Positions 47,646 to 56,030 of a stretch of DNA of 64,000 bases are shown one piece after another. The first letter of the stretch is position 1. Every line of letters begins with the position of its first letter. The position numbers and the translations under genes were made by a program. The stretch is from Candidatus Methanomethylophilaceae archaeon (GTDB lineage: Archaea > Thermoplasmatota > Thermoplasmata > Methanomassiliicoccales > Methanomethylophilaceae): positions 1-64,000 of the forward strand of contig JBMNQN010000005.1 of NCBI GenBank assembly GCA_050944155.1. Direction: 5' to 3'. The notes under the pieces are model-generated. The model did not search any database. It was not told the origin of the DNA and saw nothing but the letters and a program-made list of their open reading frames with translations.

Positions 47646-48143
47646 ATGGATTGTGAGGAACTGCACGAAAGAAACGTAAGGGAGTTCCTGGCAAAACCCC
47701 CGTTCGGATACCGGAACATTCCCTCCGGACAAATCGGACTGTTCGCTTCCGCTTTCGTGCACGACAGCTATTCCAACGAATCGGGAGCAATCAGCAACGA
47801 ACGCCTCGAATTTCTCGGTGACGCGGTTCTGGAACTGGCGGCCTGCCGTTACGTGTACTCCCTGACGGATTACGGCGAAGGAAAAATGACCGATTTCAAG
47901 CAGAGCATAGTATGCAACCGCAGAATTTCGGAATCTTTGATTTCCTACGGTTTGGATATCGACGGCATAATGATGGTGGGCAACGGTCACAGAGATTAGG
48001 TTACCGGAATTCCGATTGTGAACGAAAACATGAGGGCGGACGCTTTTGAGGCACTGCTTGCCGCAATATATCTGACGTACGGTTTCGAAGAAGTTTTCAG
48101 AATAGTCCGGGATATTCTGATCGATCCGAAAAGGAACGGTTAA
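47646..48143 (+). CDS. rnc: Ribonuclease III catalytic domain (no dsRBD) with an in-frame TAG at 47997-47999, probably read as pyrrolysine
   Basis: HDSY...NERLEFLGDAVL precedes the TAG. The same frame continues VTGIPIVNENMRADAFEALLAAIYL...RNG-TAA; 165 aa in total. Confidence 0.88.
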
Positions 48144-48183
48144 CTAAGACACGTATATAAAAAGAGAAGGAGATTTCGGGGAC

Positions 48184-49107
48184 GTGACGGCAGCAGAGAA
48201 AACGGCAGAAGACATAAAAAGCATGAAAATCCGCGGTGCGGGGAGAATTGCCCGCGCATCCGCCGCGGCGATGGGAGACTTTGCGGAAAATTACACGGGC
48301 GGCAGTCTGGAAGATTTCCGTAAAGAAGCCGGGAAGAACGCAGAGATACTCATAGCCTCCCGTCCCACTGCGGTATCCCTCTGGAACGGCGTCAAAGCGT
48401 CGATGAAGGGACTCGAGGACGCTTCCGATCTGAACGAGGCGAAGGAACTCGTACGCAGAAACTCGGAAGCATTCGTCAAAGCCTCGTCCGAAGCCGTGGA
48501 CAGGATAGCGAAAATAGGCGCCAAGAGAATCGAATCCGGCGACGTCGTGATGACCCACTGCAACAGCAGTGCGGCTCTGGGCGTAATCAAGGAAGCGCAC
48601 AGGCAGGGAAAGGAATTCGAAGTCTACGCGACCGAGTCCCGTCCATGGAGGCAGGGAATACTGACGGTCAGAGAACTTGCCGCCGAAGGAATCCCCGTCA
48701 CGATAATCATAGACAGCGCCGTGAGAACCGTTATGAAAAAGACCGACAAAGTTTTCGTGGGAGCCGATACGATAACTTCGCACGGCGCACTGGTAAACAA
48801 AATCGGGACGTCACAGCTGGCACTTGCTGCCCACGAAGCCCGCGTTCAGTTTTACGTATGCAGCGAAACGTACAAATTTTCGCCTGCGACGATTTTCGGA
48901 GATCTGGTCACCATAGAAGAAAGAGATACCGGGGAAGTGGTGCGCGACGGAGAGATCCCCGATTCCGTGAAGATATTCAATCCTGTGTTCGACAGTACTC
49001 CGGCGGCATACATCGACGCAATCATAACCGAAGTGGGGGTAATCCACCCCGGCTCCGTTTACGAGATAATGGTCGGACAACTGGGAAGAAATATATTCGG
49101 AGAGTGA
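48184..49107 (+). CDS. Ribose-1,5-bisphosphate isomerase (eIF2B-like)
   Basis: IRGAGRIA, RPTAVSL, MTHCNS, TESRP, GADTI, NKIGT, NPVFD; adjacent to rbcL. Confidence 0.93.
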   Translation: MTAAEKTAEDIKSMKIRGAGRIARASAAAMGDFAENYTGGSLEDFRKEAGKNAEILIASRPTAVSLWNGVKASMKGLEDASDLNEAKELVRRNSEAFVKASSEAVDRIAKIGAKRIESGDVVMTHCNSSAALGVIKEAHRQGKEFEVYATESRPWRQGILTVRELAAEGIPVTIIIDSAVRTVMKKTDKVFVGADTITSHGALVNKIGTSQLALAAHEARVQFYVCSETYKFSPATIFGDLVTIEERDTGEVVRDGEIPDSVKIFNPVFDSTPAAYIDAIITEVGVIHPGSVYEIMVGQLGRNIFGE

Positions 49108-49111
49108 AAAT

Positions 49112-50353
49112 ATGACGGAATATTCTTATCTGCATTTGGGAGACGAAGCGGACCCGCATACCGACGTGGTCTGCAGATATAAAGTAACAACCGACCTGCC
49201 AATCGAAAAGGCGGCGGAAGCCATAGCGGCGGAACAGTCCACCGGAACGTGGACGGGAATATCGACCCTCACGGGCTCCATTCTGGAAAAGTACGGCGCA
49301 AGAGTTCTTGCCATAGAGGGAAACGAAGTAACCGTGGCGTTCCCGGACGCGGATTTCAGCATCGATGTGGGAGGAGTTCCGCAGATACTCAGCGTCATTG
49401 CGGGAAACCTCTTCGGCCTGGAAGCGCTGAAAGGCGTAAGGCTCGAAGACGTCGAATTTCCGACGAGCATAAAGTCCCAGTACAAAGGTCCCAGGTTCGG
49501 AGACGAAGGACTCCGTAAAATACTGAACAGACCCGAGAAGCCGCTTATCGGAACCATAGTCAAACCGAAGATAGGGCTTTCTCCGAAGGAAACCGCCAAG
49601 TACGTTTACGAAGCGGGCGCGGGAGGGCTCACCAACGGCAAGGACGACGAGACGCTCGTGAATCAGAAATTCTGTCCCATGCAGGACCGTACCGTCGCAA
49701 TCGCCGAATCCCTGGACAGACTGGCGTCAGAGGGCCACAGAATGATTCACGCAATCAACGTGAGCACAAACGGCGACAAAATTCTGGAAGTCGCGGAAAA
49801 AGCTCAGGAATGGGGAGCCTCGCAACTCATGGTGGACGTTATCACCTGCGGATTCGGAGCGGTTCAGGCTCTGGCCGAAGACCCGTCGATAAAGGTCCCG
49901 ATTCACGTTCACAGAACCATGCACGGAGCCATGACCAAAAATCTGGACCACGGAATCGCCATGCTTCCTATGGTGAAACTGGTAAGAATGTGCGGAGGAG
50001 ACGCTCTCCACATAGGAACCCTCGGAGCCGGAAAGATGACCGGCGACGTGAAAGGCGACCACGACAACCTGGACGCATGCCTCGATCCGTCCCAGCCCTA
50101 CAGAAAAGTCATGCCCGTATGTTCCGGCGGAGTTTATCCCGGAATGCTGGAGAAGATGGTGAAATCTTCCGGATTCAACGTTCAGATACAGGCGGGAGGA
50201 GGCGTTGCCGGCCATCCCGGAGGAGTGAGAAAGGGCGCAATGGCAATGAGCCAGGCGATAGATTCCATATTCGACGGAATCCCCCTGAAAGAATACGCAA
50301 AAACCCACAAAGAGCTGTCTCAGGCTCTCGACAAATGGGGACTGAAAGAATGA
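49112..50353 (+). CDS. rbcL: RuBisCO large subunit, archaeal form III-type
   Basis: AAEQSTGTW, AGNLFG, GTIVKPKIG, KDDE, HVHRTMHG, LHIGT..GKM, SGG, QAGGG...HP; catalytic residues are present. Confidence 0.92.
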   Translation: MTEYSYLHLGDEADPHTDVVCRYKVTTDLPIEKAAEAIAAEQSTGTWTGISTLTGSILEKYGARVLAIEGNEVTVAFPDADFSIDVGGVPQILSVIAGNLFGLEALKGVRLEDVEFPTSIKSQYKGPRFGDEGLRKILNRPEKPLIGTIVKPKIGLSPKETAKYVYEAGAGGLTNGKDDETLVNQKFCPMQDRTVAIAESLDRLASEGHRMIHAINVSTNGDKILEVAEKAQEWGASQLMVDVITCGFGAVQALAEDPSIKVPIHVHRTMHGAMTKNLDHGIAMLPMVKLVRMCGGDALHIGTLGAGKMTGDVKGDHDNLDACLDPSQPYRKVMPVCSGGVYPGMLEKMVKSSGFNVQIQAGGGVAGHPGGVRKGAMAMSQAIDSIFDGIPLKEYAKTHKELSQALDKWGLKE

Positions 50354-51864
50354 AGCTTAAAGTGAAATATTACGACCTGGACTCGTCCGAACCCACGGTA
50401 CTGCTCCATGACGACGACTGCATAGAAATCGGAGTCAAAGAGAACGACAGGGTGAAGATAGTCAACGGAAAAGGAATGGCCAGGGCTTTGGTCAGCAGAT
50501 CCGACACCCTTGTTGAAAAGGGAACTATTATGATGCCCGGAAATCTGATGAAGATTACCGGTTCGGAGGAAGGCGACACCGTAGACGTCGATTACGCTTC
50601 GGCACCGGAATCCGTGAGAACCATCCGCAAGAAAATGGATGGTCTGGCACTTACCGACGACGAGATTCACGGCGTAGTTATGGACATACTGGAAAACAAG
50701 CTCTCCAAAATCGAAGTATCCGCCTGGCTCACCGCCCTCTACATAAACGGAATGAACATCGACGAGATTGCCGACTTTGCGTCTTCCATGGTGGACACGG
50801 GAGAACGCATAATCTTCGACAGAAAACCCGTATTCGACTTCCACAGCATGGGCGGAGTTCCCGGAAACAAGGTGACCCCGATAGTGGTTTCCATAGTCGC
50901 CGCCGCGGGACTCATGCTTCCGAAAACGTCCTCCCGTGCGATAAGCAGCGCATGCGGAACTTCCGATTTCGTGGAAACTTTCTGCGATGTGGCTCTTTCC
51001 GCCGAACGTCTCAAAGACATCGGAGAACGCGTCGGAGGAACTCTGGCCTGGGGCGGAGCGATCAATCTGGCACCGGTGGACGACATCGTCATTAAAATCG
51101 AACATCCGCTGGGAATAAACCCCAGACCCCAGATGCTTGCGTCGATACTCAGCAAAAAAATGGCAATCGGTGCGGAGTATCTTCTCATGGACATTCCCAT
51201 GGGAGCGGGTACGAAAGTTCCCGACATAGAGACGGCACGTGCGTACGCCAGGGATTTCATGGATCTGGGCGAGAAGCTCGGTATGCACATAGAGTGCGCA
51301 ATCACTTACGCGGACCAGCCTGTAGGAAACGCCATAGGCCCCAATCTGGAAGCCCGGGAATGCATCCGCATACTGGAAGGAGACCCGCACCCAGCCAGCG
51401 TTGCTGAGAAAGCCTGCGACCTGGCCGGAATAATTCTGGAAATGGGAGGAATACGCGAAGGAAAGACAAGAGCCAGAGAGCTGCTTGCATCCGGCGCGGC
51501 CATGAAGAAATTCAGAGAAATCGTTAAGGCTCAGGGCGGAGACTACGATATCAAATCCGACGACCTGAAACCCGGAAAGTTCAAAACCGAAATCAAATCG
51601 ACCAAGAGCGGGTACGTGCACGCGATAAGAAACAAGGATATCGTGGCCATCGCAAAGGCAGCGGGTTCCCCCAACGACAAAGGCGCTGGATTGATTCTGT
51701 TCCGTAAAAAGGGACAGAGAGTGGAGGCGGGAGACGTCCTCATGGAAATATACGCCGACAACAAGGCGAAACTGGAACGCGCGAAAGACCTTGCCGAAAG
51801 ATACCAGCCGATGGATATCGAAGGAATGCTTCTGAAGCACATCACCGTGCCCAAAGCCAGGTAA
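50350..51864 (+). CDS. deoA: AMP phosphorylase (thymidine phosphorylase family with N-terminal extension)
   Basis: HSMGGVPGNK, PKTSSRAISS..GT, SILSKK, QPVGNAIGPNLEA; ATGA overlap with rbcL. Confidence 0.94.
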   Translation: MKLKVKYYDLDSSEPTVLLHDDDCIEIGVKENDRVKIVNGKGMARALVSRSDTLVEKGTIMMPGNLMKITGSEEGDTVDVDYASAPESVRTIRKKMDGLALTDDEIHGVVMDILENKLSKIEVSAWLTALYINGMNIDEIADFASSMVDTGERIIFDRKPVFDFHSMGGVPGNKVTPIVVSIVAAAGLMLPKTSSRAISSACGTSDFVETFCDVALSAERLKDIGERVGGTLAWGGAINLAPVDDIVIKIEHPLGINPRPQMLASILSKKMAIGAEYLLMDIPMGAGTKVPDIETARAYARDFMDLGEKLGMHIECAITYADQPVGNAIGPNLEARECIRILEGDPHPASVAEKACDLAGIILEMGGIREGKTRARELLASGAAMKKFREIVKAQGGDYDIKSDDLKPGKFKTEIKSTKSGYVHAIRNKDIVAIAKAAGSPNDKGAGLILFRKKGQRVEAGDVLMEIYADNKAKLERAKDLAERYQPMDIEGMLLKHITVPKAR

Positions 51865-51873
51865 AGGGCGGAG

Positions 51874-52683
51874 ATGAGGTATTTCTGTTTCACCGTGGAC
51901 GTGGACAGGGATGCCAACATCCCGGTTCCGGGAGAAATCTGCGCCGGGTCCGCGGACAGAGGAAAGGGGATATCGCCCAGATTCGAAGCTTCTGCGACAG
52001 GTCTCGAAATCCTGACGGAACTCCTGGATGAAATCGGCGTTCCCGCGACTTATTTCGCCGAAGGCAGAACCCTGCAGAACGTCGGCGGACGCAATCTGAT
52101 CGGACGCGAAGTGGGCATTCACGGATACGAACACGAGGATTTCACGGGACTGTTCCCTCCGGGAGGAAAAAGGGATGCCGTGACGAAGGTGATGGATGTC
52201 GCGGAAGACATCACGGGCAAAAGACCCAGATGTTCGAGAATGCCTTACATGAAAACATCTCCGGAAGTGCTTTCCATACTTTCGGAAGAAGGAATCCTTT
52301 ACGATTCCTCCGTTTACGCTGGACTGGAAAAAAGGATGATTCCGCACCGGGAGGAAGGGGTGACGGAAATACCAGTACCCGTCGGAAAGGACAAATCGGG
52401 AAAGAAAATATACGGATACCTTTGGCCCATGCACGAAAAGAAGCGTCCGTGGGAGGATTACGTAGACGCGGCATCGTTTATGGAAGAAGGAATTTTCGTT
52501 CTCGCAACACACAGCTGGCACATGACGGAATTTTGCGGCGGAGGGAGCATGACGGAAAAATACGCCGCAGAAAATCTCGAAAACGTCAGGAAAGTTCTCG
52601 AAGGAATTCTGGATTCCGGATACGAAGCGAAAACGATTCCCGAAGCCGCAGAAATCTTCGGGGACGGCCGTTCGCGTCCATAA
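51874..52683 (+). CDS. Polysaccharide deacetylase (NodB-fold) family protein
   Basis: FTVDVD, ATYF, EVGIHGYEH, RMPY, YDSS, THSWH. Confidence 0.82.
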   Translation: MRYFCFTVDVDRDANIPVPGEICAGSADRGKGISPRFEASATGLEILTELLDEIGVPATYFAEGRTLQNVGGRNLIGREVGIHGYEHEDFTGLFPPGGKRDAVTKVMDVAEDITGKRPRCSRMPYMKTSPEVLSILSEEGILYDSSVYAGLEKRMIPHREEGVTEIPVPVGKDKSGKKIYGYLWPMHEKKRPWEDYVDAASFMEEGIFVLATHSWHMTEFCGGGSMTEKYAAENLENVRKVLEGILDSGYEAKTIPEAAEIFGDGRSRP

Positions 52684-52715
52684 TGAATATAAGGGGCAGT
52701 TCGTTCTAAGTGCGC

Positions 52716-53612
52716 ATGGTTGCGGAACTTATCTCGGGTAAGGAGATATCTCAGGAAATTTACGGGGAGCTGAGGACAAGGATAGAGAACCTCAAATCCA
52801 AAGGATTCACTCCCGGTCTTGCGGTTGTGCTCGTGGGCGACGACCCGGCATCCCACACTTATGTGAGAATGAAGGGGAAGAAATGCGAAGAACTCGGCAT
52901 GGTTTCCAAAACGATCATTATGCCCGAATCGTCCACCGAAGCGGAAGTTCTCGACACCGTAAAAAAACTCAACGAAGACCCGGAAATCCACGGTTTTCTG
53001 GTTCAGCTGCCGCTGCCCGGACATATAGACGAAAAGAAAGTCATAAATTCGGTAAATCCGGACAAGGACGTCGACTGTTTCCACCCCTTTAACGTGGGAA
53101 AGATGATGATCGGAGAACCCGACTTCCTTCCCGCGACTCCGGCCGGGGTGCAGCAGATGCTTATCAGGTCCGGAATAGAAACCAAAGGCAAACATGTCGT
53201 AGTAATCGGCCGCAGCAACATCGTGGGAAAACCCATGGCCGCAATCATGATGCAGAAAGGAAAGGGAGCCGATTCCACGGTCACCGTCGTTCACTCCAAA
53301 ACGGAGAATATGAAATCGATAACCCTCCAGGCGGATATTCTGGTTGTTGCGATAGGCCGTCCGAAATTCGTAACCGCCGACATGGTCAAAGAAGGCGCGG
53401 TCGTTATAGACGTAGGAACCAACCACATACCGGATCCGACTTCCAAAAAGGGAACGCGTCTTGTCGGTGACGTGGATTTCGAAAACGTTAAAGAGAAGGT
53501 ATCGGCGATAACCCCCGTTCCCGGCGGCGTCGGTCCGATGACAATATGCATGCTCATGTCCAACACCGTCGCTGCGGCGGAGAAGGCTTACGAGAGGAAG
53601 TGTAACGAATGA
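52716..53612 (+). CDS. folD: Methylenetetrahydrofolate dehydrogenase/cyclohydrolase
   Basis: LVGDDPAS..Y..MK, VQLPLP, KDVDCFHP, GRSNIVGKP, PVPGGVGPMT. Confidence 0.96.
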   Translation: MVAELISGKEISQEIYGELRTRIENLKSKGFTPGLAVVLVGDDPASHTYVRMKGKKCEELGMVSKTIIMPESSTEAEVLDTVKKLNEDPEIHGFLVQLPLPGHIDEKKVINSVNPDKDVDCFHPFNVGKMMIGEPDFLPATPAGVQQMLIRSGIETKGKHVVVIGRSNIVGKPMAAIMMQKGKGADSTVTVVHSKTENMKSITLQADILVVAIGRPKFVTADMVKEGAVVIDVGTNHIPDPTSKKGTRLVGDVDFENVKEKVSAITPVPGGVGPMTICMLMSNTVAAAEKAYERKCNE

Positions 53613-54298
53613 TACGCGAGTGCGAAGAACACGGATATTTCCGTGGCGAAGAGTGCCCGCTCTGCGGAGAAGAAGGCAAATTCATAATGAGCGACTACGA
53701 AGTCGAGAGGCTCGGCAGAAGCATGGCCGCAATCCTCAGACACGCCAACGGCGAACCCAACATGGACATACAGGGCTTCGTCGACATCAGGGAACTGGTT
53801 TCCATGATAAGGGCCAAGGACGAACGCAGGTGGAAATGGCTCAGACCCAGGCACATAGAAGCCATGGTCATGACCGACCCGAAAGGGAGATACCAGATTG
53901 CGGGAGCAGACGTGAGAGCCACCTACGGTCACACGATTCCCCTGGAACTGGGTCTTTCCACCGAAAACATTCCCGAAGAGCTGTATTATCCCGTAACCGA
54001 AGAAGAGCTGGAGGACGTAATGGAATCCGGACTCGTACCGGGCGACAGGACTATGGTTCACCTTTCGCTGACGTACGACGATGCGATAGTGGCCGGTTCG
54101 GTTCATTCGGAAGTGCCGATAATAATCGCCGTGGATACGGCTGCCTGTTCCGAAGCGGGTTATCCCATCGGCAGGGCGTCCCGGACGGTATTCCTTTGCG
54201 ATGCAGTTCCGGCCGACTGCATATATGTCGCCGAGGAACCTGAAAACGATTACGGGGAAGAAGACGAAGATTACGAGAACGACGAAGGAGAAAATTGA
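53609..54298 (+). CDS. kptA: RNA 2'-phosphotransferase (Tpt1/KptA) with N-terminal Zn finger
   Basis: CEEHG...CPLC, ILRH, KGRY, RATYGHT, VHLS. Confidence 0.9.
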   Translation: MIRECEEHGYFRGEECPLCGEEGKFIMSDYEVERLGRSMAAILRHANGEPNMDIQGFVDIRELVSMIRAKDERRWKWLRPRHIEAMVMTDPKGRYQIAGADVRATYGHTIPLELGLSTENIPEELYYPVTEEELEDVMESGLVPGDRTMVHLSLTYDDAIVAGSVHSEVPIIIAVDTAACSEAGYPIGRASRTVFLCDAVPADCIYVAEEPENDYGEEDEDYENDEGEN

Positions 54299-55249
54299 AT
54301 GCCGGAAATACTCAGACCAGACCAGGTAAAGGTGAAATACGGCCCCATGTTCTGCCACGGTTTTTACACAATGGTGGACGAAGAAAACAATATGGCGCAG
54401 ATAATCGAAGTGTGTTCTTCCAGAGGTCCGGCGGAGTGGGACATTGTCAACCGCCGCCGTACCGGAGGGATTCTGAAAGATTTGGAACTGGACGGGCACA
54501 TGATTATAATGAACACCGATATAGGCGAAAAAGAGCTTAATTTCGGGCCGGTGGCTGCGGGCATCGGAGGTCAGGGGCTGTCATTGCTCAGGGTCGAAGG
54601 CGACAGAGTAAGGACCAGGTGGAGGGGTCTTGCCGGCGCGTCCGTGGGAATAGGCGCATGCATACCCCAATGTCCCGACGTTATCGAAACCGTATATCCC
54701 GACAATTTCAAGATAGGGGGCGCCAACTGCGCCGAAGTGGAGATAATCACCCCCAAGATGGTGCGTCTGGTAATCGGGATAGACGATACGGACAACAAGG
54801 AAAAAGGAGCGACCTGGGTCTTGGGAATGAAGCTGGGAAAAGCCTGCCCGTACGGCAAATTTATTCAGCACAAAATCATTCAGCTCAACCCGAAAGTTCC
54901 CAACAAAACCACCAACTGCTGCTCCACTGCCGTGTCCTTCGCGGTTACCGAAGAGGACATACCCAAACTGATAGAATTCGCCGTGGATTTTGTCAGAAAA
55001 GAATCTTATTCTGAGGGCGCAACCGTCACGGTGTTCAAGGGTCTGAAAATACCCAAAGCGCTGGCGGATTTCGGATGGGGCGCAAAATCCGTTCTGTATA
55101 CTCAGGAAGATGCGGTCAGAGTCGCATCGGAAAACGGAGTTCAGATAATTTCCGTGACCGGAACAAAAGGAGCAATAGGCGCCGTTGCGGCTATAGGCTG
55201 TTTCGATATGGGACTGCATTCCGCCGGAGTGCCGGAGGATTTTGAGTAA
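54299..55249 (+). CDS. Methanogenesis marker protein 11-like (TiaS-related domain)
   Basis: GLAGASVG, IGIDDTD..EKGATW, QLNPKVPNKTTNC, GAIGAVAAIG. Confidence 0.82.
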   Translation: MPEILRPDQVKVKYGPMFCHGFYTMVDEENNMAQIIEVCSSRGPAEWDIVNRRRTGGILKDLELDGHMIIMNTDIGEKELNFGPVAAGIGGQGLSLLRVEGDRVRTRWRGLAGASVGIGACIPQCPDVIETVYPDNFKIGGANCAEVEIITPKMVRLVIGIDDTDNKEKGATWVLGMKLGKACPYGKFIQHKIIQLNPKVPNKTTNCCSTAVSFAVTEEDIPKLIEFAVDFVRKESYSEGATVTVFKGLKIPKALADFGWGAKSVLYTQEDAVRVASENGVQIISVTGTKGAIGAVAAIGCFDMGLHSAGVPEDFE

Positions 55250-56030
55250 TTCCATGTCCCTGTCCAGAATTTTGAGCAACAAGGCCTATTCGACTTACGA
55301 ATCCAGGCTCAAAAAGGAAGTCATCGACGGCCCAATTCCCAACCATATAGCCATAATCATGGACGGCAACAGAAGATATGCCGAAGAGAGGGGAGAAACA
55401 GCCAAAGAAGGACACAATCTGGGCAAAGACAAACTGGAAGAGGTTCTGGATTGGTGCGTAGACACGGGCGTAAAGATACTGACCGTCTACGCGTTTTCGA
55501 CGGAGAATTTCAAAAGAAGCCAGGACGAAGTGGACCACATAATGGGTCTTCTGAAAATGTCTCTGGTGGAGATGGCGGACAGTCAGAAAGTCAGAGACAA
55601 TCGGGTGCGCATAAAAGTGATGGGAGATATGGATATGCTCCCCGACGACGTGGTGGAAGCGATAAGATACTCCGAAGAAAAAACGAAAGACTATTCGGAC
55701 TACTTTTTCAACATGGCCATAGCCTACGGCGGAAGGCAGGAAATCGTTTCCGCGGTGAAAAAAGTGGCACAGAAGGTTCTGGACGGCGAACTTGAGGTCG
55801 AAGACATCAACGAAGACACCTTTTCGTTCCATATGTACAACTCCGACATGCCGGATCCGGATCTGGTTCTCAGAACTTCCGGCGAAATCAGGATATCCAA
55901 CTTCCTGCTGTGGCAGATGGCATATTCGGAACTGTACTTTACGGACGTATACTGGCCGGGATTCAGGTACATAGATTTTCTCAGGGCAATCAGAACATAC
56001 CAGCAGCGTGCAAGACGTTACGGTGAGTGA
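55242..56030 (+). CDS. uppS: Polyprenyl diphosphate synthase (cis-prenyltransferase)
   Basis: HIAIIMDGNRR, YAFSTENFKR, YGGRQEI, RTSGEIRISNFLLWQ. Start may be 55254. Confidence 0.96.
   Translation: MSNSMSLSRILSNKAYSTYESRLKKEVIDGPIPNHIAIIMDGNRRYAEERGETAKEGHNLGKDKLEEVLDWCVDTGVKILTVYAFSTENFKRSQDEVDHIMGLLKMSLVEMADSQKVRDNRVRIKVMGDMDMLPDDVVEAIRYSEEKTKDYSDYFFNMAIAYGGRQEIVSAVKKVAQKVLDGELEVEDINEDTFSFHMYNSDMPDPDLVLRTSGEIRISNFLLWQMAYSELYFTDVYWPGFRYIDFLRAIRTYQQRARRYGE

Noticed and set aside
48000-48030. Possible PYLIS-like structure after the rnc TAG (palindrome CGGAATTCCG at 48005-48014)
   Set aside because: A loopless 10-bp palindrome with weak flanking pairs; Pyl insertion does not require such an element.
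49112-50353. RuBisCO-like protein (form IV) with a methionine-salvage isomerase
   Set aside because: Catalytic residues including the loop-6 Lys and His-Arg are retained, and the gene is flanked by AMP phosphorylase and R15P isomerase.
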